A stretch of DNA of 63,814 bases, the filler included. It is 12 parts of 12 records of this genome, joined end to end, with 100 filler letters (N's around TTAATTAATTAA, not from the genome) between each part and the next. Parts side by side here need not be neighbours in the genome. Positions count along the whole stretch, not along the records: positions 1 to 4,333 come from SRR7504441_10890; positions 4,434 to 13,135 come from SRR7504441_10891; 10 more parts are not named here. One strand, 5' to 3'. Positions 1 to 9,556 of the stretch are shown piece after piece (position 1 is the first letter of the stretch; each line of letters begins with the position of its first letter). Both the position numbers and the translations under genes were made by a program. A model generated the notes under the pieces. The model did not search any database and was not told where the DNA came from. It saw only the letters and a list, made by a program, of their open reading frames with translations.

Positions 1-14
1 CCGGACGCTGGCAG

Positions 15-542
15 GCGAGCACATCGCGGAAAGCCTCGAAGAGAAGATGTCTAAGCAAATATTTGTGGTAAGCCTGCCTGGGAATTGCGCCGCTGAGCTC
101 TGTCCGTAGGGTGGGTTGCCGCATAATACAACTTCCGACCAACTTAAAGAATGGGCCCAGCGCCAGTTCGGTCCTCACAACCTGGCTAACGCCATCGCGG
201 TAGCCTGTCAGACCCGGTCGGCGGCTGATGGGGCTGTGTCAGGTGATAGACCTCAAGACTAAGGTCACGCGAGGATTTGGTTTTATCCAGTTTACCACGC
301 CCGAGATGGTCGACTTCGCGGTCCAGCTCGGGCTCCGGTATGAGATGAACTCCAAGCGGGTGACCGTCAAGCGCGCCCAGGCCCACCAGCCGCTTGTGGC
401 CGAGATGATTCCGCTTATGGAGGCCTACCAACAAGCTGGGCATCCGGCGGCGATGCAGATGTTTGGGGAATCCATTCCTTACGGATTCGCACCCGCACCA
501 GCGATGGGGACAGGGGGTCCGCCTCCTGAGCTGATGCTCTGA
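15..542 (+). CDS. RRM RNA-binding protein (Musashi/hnRNP A-like), 5' partial
   Basis: Removing GT-AG introns 68-109 and 200-242 gives KQIFV|GGLPHNTT (RNP2) and RGFGFIQF (RNP1), followed by a Pro-rich tail; stop at 540-542. Confidence 0.85.
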
Positions 543-1032
543 ACCCAGCTTCAGCTCTGAAATCAGTTGGCAACCAAGTTGCCATCTCTTTGCCATAGAC
601 AGACAGTATTAACAGCTAGATACAGGATATCAGCAGCTGGTTCTATTCTTTCCAATTCTCAACTCTGCTCATGTATATCAAGGGTGAGTATGCCAGTATA
701 GGCGATGCAGACACGGGACTCTCAATAGGTTCTAGATATAGAGGCACACACTAGCACAGACATCTTCAAGTAATTCATTCAAGTACAACTATGCAGCTCA
801 GCAACTCTCGGACTGCACAAACAACTTGCTCATAATATTTGTTCTTCGGACCAGACCACCACTACAGCTACAAACTACTACTAGACGCACATCTACGTAA
901 TTTCCATCAGGGCGTTCATTTAATTTCATCTTTTCTCTCACGTAACTTTAATTCACATCACATCATAGAAGTAGAATCAATCATCTTTAGTTCAGTAACA
1001 ATAAACTTTAACGGTCCCGGCGTAAAAAGTGT

Positions 1033-3212
1033 TTAAGAAAAAAGAACCAAGAATGACACAGCAATAGGACTTATACGAGTCAGCCATCTCTTTACCATTT
1101 CTTCGTTTCTTGCCCGGGAGGCTTGGACTGAGGAGTTATTATTTACGAGATAGAGATTCATGAGCGCACTTTCTTTGACTCGCCAGCCCAGCGCGCTCAG
1201 CTGCACCAGAGCGGAGCACAAGGTCACCTTGTATTGCTGCAGTAGTAGTACATTGGCCAAACAGGGGAAACCCGTCATTGCCTGAACACTGTAGGCGTCT
1301 CGAGCAGACAAACGTGTGCTGCCTGTAGCCAGTGTACACCAGATCGGTCCTACAGTCCAACTATGCTGGAGACAGCCTACAAGTCCTCCGCGACATCCTC
1401 GCCATGGCAGGCAGAGAATGAAACGTCTTGTGCATCGGCAGAAAACGAGTCGACATCTGCAGTATTAGCTGGAATTTGTTCAGTGCATGCCTTCGCTTTG
1501 GTGGTCAAATCATACTTGTTGGCTGCCCAGAATGCCAGCCGAGGAGCTGACTCTAAGCCATCAATCTCGTCAGCATCATCAAAGTCCGAAATTATCTCGT
1601 CCTCGTCCTCGAGCTTGGCTTTGCCCACAGGCTCGGTTCGACCGAGCTGAGCCTTGTTTCTCTGGTTTGGCCTTGACTTCATGCTTTGCTCGACCTGCTT
1701 CGTGGCGATTCCTCTGACGAAAGCCATTAGGCCATTCGGGAGCGCTTCGACGTAATCTGCCAACGCCTTCGAAAAGACCAGTACGGCACCCCCACCGTTG
1801 TAATCGATCAGGCTGAGCTGAGGTACGTCTGCTAGGGCTGCCCCTGCACGTGCATTGGTTCAGGAGGTATCGCAGGGGCATACCGATCCCGACCATGGTG
1901 CTCTGATCTGCAAGCTCGAAAGTGAGCCCGGCGCGAGGGATCAACAGGTCGTTCGGGTGGAACTCTTTGAGACAGGGCAGCCCGAAACTCGAAGGCTGAA
2001 TGAGTACAAAGTGTCTGGGGGTCGCCGGTGCGTCTGGAGGCCGTGCTTGCCTGAGTACCAACCCTGTCTCGTTGTCAAGTCTGATATCAGAGGCAATGAG
2101 CGACCTTGTGGACCATGAAAGGAGCTCATAAGAGCAGCAAATTCATCCGAGCAGTTGGATCGAGCTTCGAGATGATAAGGCTGGGAGCTGATGTATCCTG
2201 GCAACCCTGACTAAGACATCGCACAAGCTAGACGGCGGTACTCGTCAGATTTGCGGTCAGATCAATTGTGCCGATAGTTATGAGTTCATTGCTGTCTGCT
2301 TGCCAGGGAAAGAAAGGGGAATCGCACTTGAGGCAGTTCAGGACCGTGCATGCAGAAACTTGTTTCCTGTGGCACCGGCAGAGCTCCACATCGGCGCAGG
2401 TCGGTCTCTGAGGTAGGCAGACGATCCAAGTTTGAATCTTGTGCCCGTTTTCATTGACCTGTCGCCAGCGCATGCTCGTGTGACGCCTGAGGGAAGCACC
2501 GTGCACGGCACGCGCTGCTGCGATTGTGTCTTGAGGTACTCTGCATCGCTATTGTTACTTCTTTCGCGAGGCGCACCCAGGTCACCTTGAGCGAGCGTAG
2601 CGATTTTGGCAGTCGGATCTCCAGCTTGTACTGGCGAGCACTGTGCTTCATCAGCAGACGGCATGGCACAGGTCCTGTATGTGACAAACGGCGCGATCTC
2701 GGGCGAGGTGCTCAACTCGACGAGAGGGGGCTGGGCAAGGCGACCCTGAAGGAGATCGATCAGCAGCATCGAGACACCGCCGCCGCGGATTGCGCTGCGC
2801 AGTGCGGCCAGGTCCCAAAAGTCGCTGCCGGTCGCTTCCTCCTCAAAGATGCAGATGACTGCGAGCTGAGAGCACTTGACGGCGGCTCTGATATCATCGA
2901 GGATATCGGCAAAGACTGGGGCTGGGTCGTTCGCCTCAGCGGGCAGGTCCTCTTCGAGCTTTCGCATGACTGAGAGCGGGTCAGAGTCATCCTGGGATAC
3001 ACGCAGCCAGGCTGATCAGGCTTGCGGCCGAGCGATTCGGTTCGCACCCAGATGAACCTTAGCAGCTTGTTCCGCGAAGCTGAGAGCTCAAAGTAATAGA
3101 AGTGCCGCTCGCCCTGCTGGTGCGCCCCCTGCAGAGAGGCGAGCCGGGCTACATCGGCGGCCACACTGCCGCAGCACGGCGTGACTCCGATCACCAGCGT
3201 CGCCGCGGACAT
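1033..3212 (-). CDS. Multi-exon hypothetical protein (3' end uncertain, about 1033-1139)
   Basis: ATG at 3212 (MSAATLVIG). ORF fragments 2760/2338/2228/1941/1579/1377 join in frame through at least five GT-AG introns of about 40-56 nt. No family confidently recognised. Confidence 0.55.
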
Positions 3213-3267
3213 GCCGCAACAGCAACGGACGTTCCGGCCTCGGGGTCCGTGAGACGGCTCGGTGATC

Positions 3268-4185
3268 ATGGTGGAGTGCTCGGTGTGCGGCGCGTCGTTT
3301 GGGACGCCGATTCTGCTGCGGCGGCACAGCTCGTCGCCGTGCCCGCCGTTCGGGTTCGGGCTGCCACGGGTGGGGTTCGGGACGGCCAACCTGGCTGGCG
3401 AGAGCTGCGTGCGGGCCACGCTGTGCGCGCTGCGGGCAGGCTATCGGCTGGTTGACACGGCCGCCCTTTATGGGAACGAGGCCGAGGTCGGCCAGGCGGT
3501 GCGCCAGTGCGGGATCCCGCGGGAGGAGCTGTGGGTGGCCTCTAAGCTCCACCCGGACCAGCACGGCCCTTTGGCCGAGTCGGCGGTGCGCGGGGCGCTC
3601 GATCGGCTCGGGCTGAACCGGCTGGACCTTATGCTGGTACACTGGCCGGGCACGCTGGATGGCAGACCCGGCGGCGAGCAGCTTCGCCGGCAGACCTGGC
3701 GCGGCCTCGACCGCTGTGTGCGGCAGGGGCTGGTGCGCTGTCTGGGGGTGAGCAATTTCGAGCTGCGTCATCTGCGCCCGCTCTGGGAGTGGGCGGACCA
3801 AGAGGGGCTGGCGCTGCCGGTGGTGCTCCAAAGCGAGATGCACCCGCTGCTCCAGCAGACCGAGCTGCGACTGTTCTGCGCACGACACGAGATAGTTTTC
3901 CAGGCGTACTCGCCGCTTGGCGGGTTCCGCTCACAGGGCGCAGTGCTGCAAGACCCAACCGTGAACAGGCTGGCCGAGAGCTGCGGCAAGACAGCCGCAC
4001 AGGTGGCGCTGCGCTGGGGACTGCAGCAGGGGGTGGCTGTGATCCCCAGCAGCTCTAATCGGGAGAGGATCGTGCAGAATTTCGGACTATGGGACTTCAA
4101 GCTGAGCGAGGAGCAGATGGAGGCGATACGAGCTGAATCGGAGCGCGGGGTGCACTTTTATTGGCACGCGGAGACAGTCGATTGA
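3268..4185 (+). CDS. Aldo-keto reductase with an N-terminal C2HC zinc-finger-like segment
   Basis: Intronless ORF with GFGT, DTAALYGNE, SKL, LDLMLVHWP, LGVSNF, QAYSPLG and AQVALRWGLQ; catalytic D/Y/K/H present. Confidence 0.92.
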   Translation: MVECSVCGASFGTPILLRRHSSSPCPPFGFGLPRVGFGTANLAGESCVRATLCALRAGYRLVDTAALYGNEAEVGQAVRQCGIPREELWVASKLHPDQHGPLAESAVRGALDRLGLNRLDLMLVHWPGTLDGRPGGEQLRRQTWRGLDRCVRQGLVRCLGVSNFELRHLRPLWEWADQEGLALPVVLQSEMHPLLQQTELRLFCARHEIVFQAYSPLGGFRSQGAVLQDPTVNRLAESCGKTAAQVALRWGLQQGVAVIPSSSNRERIVQNFGLWDFKLSEEQMEAIRAESERGVHFYWHAETVD

Positions 4186-4333
4186 CATAATGATTAAATC
4201 ATGCTACAGCACGGTTACAATCATGTAGCACGTTTAGCACACTTAATTAAGCTTCCGTGCACAAGCTCCATGTACTAGTACTCCAATTGCATGCACGGTT
4301 TACAGCGGGTGTCAGATCAGACGGTCGGGTCCA

Positions 4334-4433
4334 NNNNNNNNNNNNNNNNNNNNNNNNNNNNNNNNNNNNNNNNNNNNTTAATTAATTAANNNNNNNNNNN
4401 NNNNNNNNNNNNNNNNNNNNNNNNNNNNNNNNN
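4334..4433. other. Artificial contig spacer; identical spacers at 13136-13235, 19033-19132, 23380-23479, 29982-30081, 35321-35420, 42374-42473, 49207-49306, 53966-54065, 57421-57520 and 60521-60620
   Basis: N44-TTAATTAATTAA-N44, which places stop codons in all six frames; occurs 11 times. Confidence 0.99.
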
Positions 4434-4554
4434 ATCTGCATGTTTTGCAATGGATGATCCCGAGCTCCGAGCTCCTGCCGAGTCCGCGCGGAAGCCCAAC
4501 GACTCAACGGACTTCCAACGGTCTGGCTCGGCTCCACCTGTGACGCCTCCAACA

Positions 4555-6931
4555 ATGTCGAGGGTCAGCATCCTCTCTCAGCAGCTTGCCGCCGCCGAGC
4601 AGCCGGTAGTCACCTGGGAGAAGCACAAGCCGCCCGGTCATTCGCAAGTGGCGGTAGTGACCATCCACAACCCGCCAGTGAACGCCCTCAGCCAGCCGGT
4701 GCTCTCGGGTGTCCTCAAATGCGTGACCGAGGCCAACAACGACGGGGATGTGGTCGCGATCGTGATCCAAGGGTCGGGCGGCAACTTCAGCGCAGGTGCT
4801 GACATCCAGATGTTCGCCCGAGCTCAGCGAGACGGCCTGGAGCTGCTCGAGCTGCAGAAGATGGTGAAAGCGGTCCAGTTCGCGGCCACCGAGGTCATCG
4901 AGCAGAGCAAGAAGCCCGTGGTGGCGGCAGTGGACGGGTGAGACCGCGCGCCGCACGCCGTTGCTGGAGCTTGTGCTGGGGTGCAGGCAAGCCTTTGGCG
5001 GCGGGTGCGAACTCGCCATGCTTTGCCACTACCGGGTCTGCACAGCCAAGACTGTGTTTGGGCTGCCCGAGCTGTCGCTCGGTGCGTGCGGGCCATTAGG
5101 CAGAGGTGGATAATGCTGAGATGGGTGATTGCAGGGGTCATCCCCGGGATGGGAGGGACACAGCGCCTCCCTCGGCTGATCGGACTGCAACAGGCCCTCC
5201 CATTGATGCTCTCATCGAAGCCACTCCCCGCAGCCAAGGCATTCAAGTTACGCCCACAGAAACTGGTCAACGCTATGGTCAAGGACCCCAGCGTGCTGCT
5301 CACGGCTGCAATTGAGCGTGCACTGATGCTTGCATCGGGCGAAAGGCGCAGGGTTGTGTCACTCGAGCAGAACTGTGAAGGCTATGCGGTGGGGGCCATG
5401 ATATGTGACACCGCAATGAAGATGAGCCGGAAGAGTGCACCACACATGGTGCAGGCGCAAGCATGCGTCGAGGCAGTGGCCTTCGGATTGAAGTACGGGC
5501 CAGTGGCTGGGCTGATCAAAGAGACCGAATTGTTCCACCAACTGGTGGCAGGCCCAGTGGCTAAGGGGCTTGTGCACGTGTTTTTCGCCCAGCGGGCAGT
5601 CAAGAAGGTTGCTGGTGTGACAGATGTGGCGGAGCTGAAGCCCAACAAGACCAAGAGCATTGGTGTGATAGGAGGTATCTCAACTATTCCTTGATGGTAT
5701 TCTAATCGTGATGAATCCAGGTGGGTTGATGGGTTCTGGGATCGTGACAGCTGCACTGCTGGCTGGTCAGAGAGTCGTACTCAAGGAGATCGATCAGAAG
5801 AACTTGGATGCAGGCGTTGGCAGGGTCAAGTCAAACATCATGTCGATGGTTAAGCGGAAGAAGCTGACCGAGGAGAAGGCAGAAAAGACGATGGCGAATC
5901 TGATCCCTACCCTGGACTACACCCCATTTTCAGATCTGGACCTGGTTGTGGAGGCTGTAGTTGAGATCATGAGCCTCAAACAGAAGATATTCGCTGATGT
6001 TGCTGCTCACGTCCCAAAGCACTGCCTGATCGCAACCAACACCTCCACGCTCGACATTCCAGAGATGGGATCCAAGCTCGCTCCAGAAGTGCAGGCAAGG
6101 CTGATTGGTCTGCATTTCTTCTCGCCAGCGCACGTGATGCCGTTGCTGGAGATCGTCAAGACCGGTCAGACCACGCCTCAGGTGCTCCTCGATGCGCTCA
6201 CCTGGGGTCGGAGCCTCAAGAAGACCAATGTGGTGGCAATGAACTGCCCAGGCTTTGCTGTCAATCGGGTCTTTTTCCCGTATGGCCAAGCGGCACAGTT
6301 CATTCTTGACAGAGGTGTCGATCCGTATACCATCGACAAGGCCGTCTCGCAGTTTGGAATGCCCATGGGACCGTTCAGGCTGAACGATCTCGTAGGGGGC
6401 GACGTGGGGTATCACGTGACTAAGACCTTTGTGGGTGCATACCCAGAGCGGTGCTACCAGTCTCAGATCAATCCGCTGATGTTTAACGACAACAGACTGG
6501 GAGAAAAGACCGGCGCTGGAATGTATAAGCATGTGCTCAACAAGAAGGGTAAGCGGCAGGCAGTTCCTGATCCAGAGGGAATTGCGCCATACGTGGCCAA
6601 GTCACGTCAAGCGGCAAATGCTGGTGCGATCAAGGTCAGCACAAAGGACATTCAGGAGATGATTTTCTTCCCTGTGATCAACGAAGCTTGTCGCATCCTT
6701 GACGAAAACATTGTCGAGAACGCAGCCAACCTTGATATTGCATGTGTGATGGGGATGGGATTCCCGCCTTTCCGTGGTGGGATCTGCAAACTATGCGACT
6801 CGATGGGTGCAAAGTATGTTTGTGATCGGCTCTCGGCTTGGGCCGCACAATTCCCGCAGCAGGCAGGCTTCTTCGCGCCCTGCGATTATCTGAAGAACGT
6901 GGCCGCACAGGGCGCAGTGTTGTGCGACTAA
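4555..6931 (+). CDS. Peroxisomal multifunctional beta-oxidation protein (enoyl-CoA hydratase + 3-hydroxyacyl-CoA dehydrogenase; MFP2/AIM1-like)
   Basis: [77 protein letters not shown] and GMPMGPF. Three GT-AG introns near 4938, 5082 and 5675. PTS2 RVSILSQQL at the N-terminus. Confidence 0.95.
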
Positions 6932-7214
6932 TCGGGTCCTGAGCGGAGCACCCTTGAGGAATAAACTAACTTGTGTTTCATGCACATGATGCAGATGTGA
7001 TGATTTATTGCAGAGTCGTACAGCAATTCAATGAGCATGTCAATGAATCACTACCGGTATTCGCTGAGAAATGTGAATAAAATTACCGTATCAATTCATC
7101 AAAATGAAGTGTACTTTTTAATATTAAGTAGCTAGTAGCTAGGGATCCCTACTGATTCCTCTGCGCATGCGTTGCATCAAGTCCTCCCAAGTGCACAACC
7201 CAACACCGCAGTAA

Positions 7215-9407
7215 ATGGGGCTGCGGTCAGCTGCCGCGCTGCGGGTTGCGGTGGGGATCGCGTGTTGGGGTGCGGCCTACCGGCTGCGCGGCCTGGGCGG
7301 CCGCTCGTCAGCACTCCGCCTCCGCCTGATGCAGATAGCATTCGGAGTGCACGTGGCTGGCTGGTGGCTAGCGCCTCGGCTGCGGGAGCGGCTCGCTAGG
7401 CCGGAGCTACTCGCCGGCAGTGTGGCCAGCTGCCTGCTGGCTGAGCTGGCGGCCGGGGCGAATAGTCAGTGGCCACAGACCAGCCTGGTGGCCATTCTGG
7501 TAGCGAGCACACCTGGCCTGGTCTGGAGCGCGTTCGCAGAGTGCGAAGATCCGATCGGGGAGGCCGACCCGTGTGCGCTGGCGGCCCTGGTGCTCGCGCT
7601 GCTGCTCGGAGGCCGGGCCAATCTGCGCGCAGCTGCCGTTGTGCTGCTCATGCTTACAGGCGGCCAAGCGCTCGAGGAGTTCGCGATGCGGCGGGCGGGA
7701 GCCGGACTTCGTAGGATGATCGGTGCAATGCGGATGGAGGGCGGGGCGCGCCTCCAGCTGGCCGAGGGGCGGCTGGAGGAGGTACCCATAGCACAGCTCC
7801 GGGTGGGCGACGTTGTTGAGCTGGCGGAGGGCGAGCGGGTGCCTGCGGATGGCGTCGTGCTGAGCAGGCCCAGCAGCGGCCGGTCAGACTTCCTCTGTGA
7901 CGAGAGCGCCATCACAGGAGAATCCGGTGCCGTGGCCAAGCGGGCAGGCGAGCTGGTTTACTCGGGCTCGCTGATCTGCCAGGGCGCCTGCCTGATGCGG
8001 CTCCGTAGGTCTGCAGCTGAGAGTGTGAGCAGTTTAATTAGGCTCGAGCTGGAGGACGCGCTGGCTGCCCGCCGGCAGGCCCCCCTCGAACGGGCTGCTG
8101 GGGGAGCCGCCCGGGCACTCACCCCGCTCGCGCTGCTGGTGGCGATCGCCGGGTTCTGGATCCATCGGCGGGCGGGCTGGCGTAGGCAGTGGGAGGTGGT
8201 GCTCTCTGTGTGCATGGCAGCCACGCCGTGTCCTCTCTCGATCGGCGTGCCAGTGGCGTTTCTATCGGCCCGTGGCGCGTTAAGCCGGCATGGGGTGTCG
8301 CTGAAGAACCCGGGGGCGCTGGAGCAGCTGGCTGAGGTGAGCTGTGTGCTGGTGGACAAAACAGGCACTCTCACCACGGGGCTGATGGAGCTAGTAGGGT
8401 GCGACCTGCAGCCCACATCGGGCACCGTGTTAGCAGAGCAGCCTGGCCGCCCCCCGGTGGGGGGGCTCACACCGCTACAGCGTGCCGTGTTGCATGCAGC
8501 GGCTGCGCTGGAGCGGGAGAGTGGTTCTGTGCATGCAGTGTCACAGGCGTTACAGCGGGCGAGTGCCAGTGCCTCCGGACAGGCGATCGTTGCAGTGCGG
8601 AGTGTTGAGCTCGAGCCGGGCCGCGGGATCCGGGGGCGCGTGACCCCAGCTGATGGCCGATTCGCACGGATGCTTAGAGATGCCGAGCTGGTTGTAGGCT
8701 CGAGGCTGTATGTGCAGTCTGTATGTGCCAAGCAACTGCCCGATTGTGACGAGCTACCTGACAGTGCAGAGCCGGACCGGGAGGGCGGCTTCCATGTCTG
8801 TGTGGCACTGCTATCTCGTGACAAACTAGCGGCCTACGGACATTTCTTCCTTTCCGACCAGCTTAGATCAGATGCGGTCTCATTTATCTATAAGCTGCGC
8901 TCCAGGTTGCGCGTGCTGCTGGTGTCCGGTGATCCGTCGCCAGCTCTCGCTCAGGTGGCAGCCGCAGTGGGTCTGAACAGGCCAGGCGTCGATTGGCACC
9001 TCTGCTTGCCCGACGCCAAGGCCAGACTGGTCAAGCAGCTGAAGGCCAAAGGTGAGAAGGTGCTGATGATAGGAGACGGGATGAATGACGCTGCTGCGCT
9101 CGCTCTGGCTGACGTTGGGATCGCAGTCGGGTCAAACGATTTGGTAGGCTCGGTGTCAGACGTGCTAGTCGGTGGGAACGCGGAGGTACTTGGGAAGGTT
9201 CTGGCGCTGCTGCCCTTTGCGCGGAGGACGCTACATATTGCTAAGCGGGGGGTGCTGTGTGGAATGCTCATGAGCTCTGTCCAGATGATCGGGGCTGCTG
9301 GCGGGCTCATGCCGCCGCTACTAAATGCGGTGCTGCAAGAGATCGTCGATCTGAGCACGGTGGTACATGCAATGTTCTCCCCCAACTCGCTGGAAGTATC
9401 ACTCTAA
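7215..9407 (+). CDS. P1B-type heavy-metal ATPase with P1B-5 signature motifs
   Basis: Intronless; VPADG, TGES, TPCP, DKTGTLT, GDGMND, GxxxSxxxM and PX6QEIVD. Confidence 0.92.
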   Translation: MGLRSAAALRVAVGIACWGAAYRLRGLGGRSSALRLRLMQIAFGVHVAGWWLAPRLRERLARPELLAGSVASCLLAELAAGANSQWPQTSLVAILVASTPGLVWSAFAECEDPIGEADPCALAALVLALLLGGRANLRAAAVVLLMLTGGQALEEFAMRRAGAGLRRMIGAMRMEGGARLQLAEGRLEEVPIAQLRVGDVVELAEGERVPADGVVLSRPSSGRSDFLCDESAITGESGAVAKRAGELVYSGSLICQGACLMRLRRSAAESVSSLIRLELEDALAARRQAPLERAAGGAARALTPLALLVAIAGFWIHRRAGWRRQWEVVLSVCMAATPCPLSIGVPVAFLSARGALSRHGVSLKNPGALEQLAEVSCVLVDKTGTLTTGLMELVGCDLQPTSGTVLAEQPGRPPVGGLTPLQRAVLHAAAALERESGSVHAVSQALQRASASASGQAIVAVRSVELEPGRGIRGRVTPADGRFARMLRDAELVVGSRLYVQSVCAKQLPDCDELPDSAEPDREGGFHVCVALLSRDKLAAYGHFFLSDQLRSDAVSFIYKLRSRLRVLLVSGDPSPALAQVAAAVGLNRPGVDWHLCLPDAKARLVKQLKAKGEKVLMIGDGMNDAAALALADVGIAVGSNDLVGSVSDVLVGGNAEVLGKVLALLPFARRTLHIAKRGVLCGMLMSSVQMIGAAGGLMPPLLNAVLQEIVDLSTVVHAMFSPNSLEVSL

Positions 9408-9556
9408 TCGTGCATTTGACCAGAGAAAGTGATGTTTACTTTTGACTTGACCACGAGTATTAAAAATACAAGCGATCACGAATGTGGCACTACATTTAAT
9501 TACAAATTTCCATAAATTCTAAATTTGGTTGGTCGATTGTTGTATATGATTGTGAT

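Noticed and set aside
1033..3212. Treslin/TICRR identity or pseudogene status for the fragmented minus-strand gene
   Set aside because: The frames join through ordinary introns, so it is not evidently a pseudogene, and the resemblance to Treslin is too weak to name.
4334..4433. Recurrent TTAATTAATTAA palindrome flanked by Ns, as a biological repeat, telomere or CRISPR-like element
   Set aside because: It is an identical 100-nt construct at every junction, a standard six-frame-stop contig linker.
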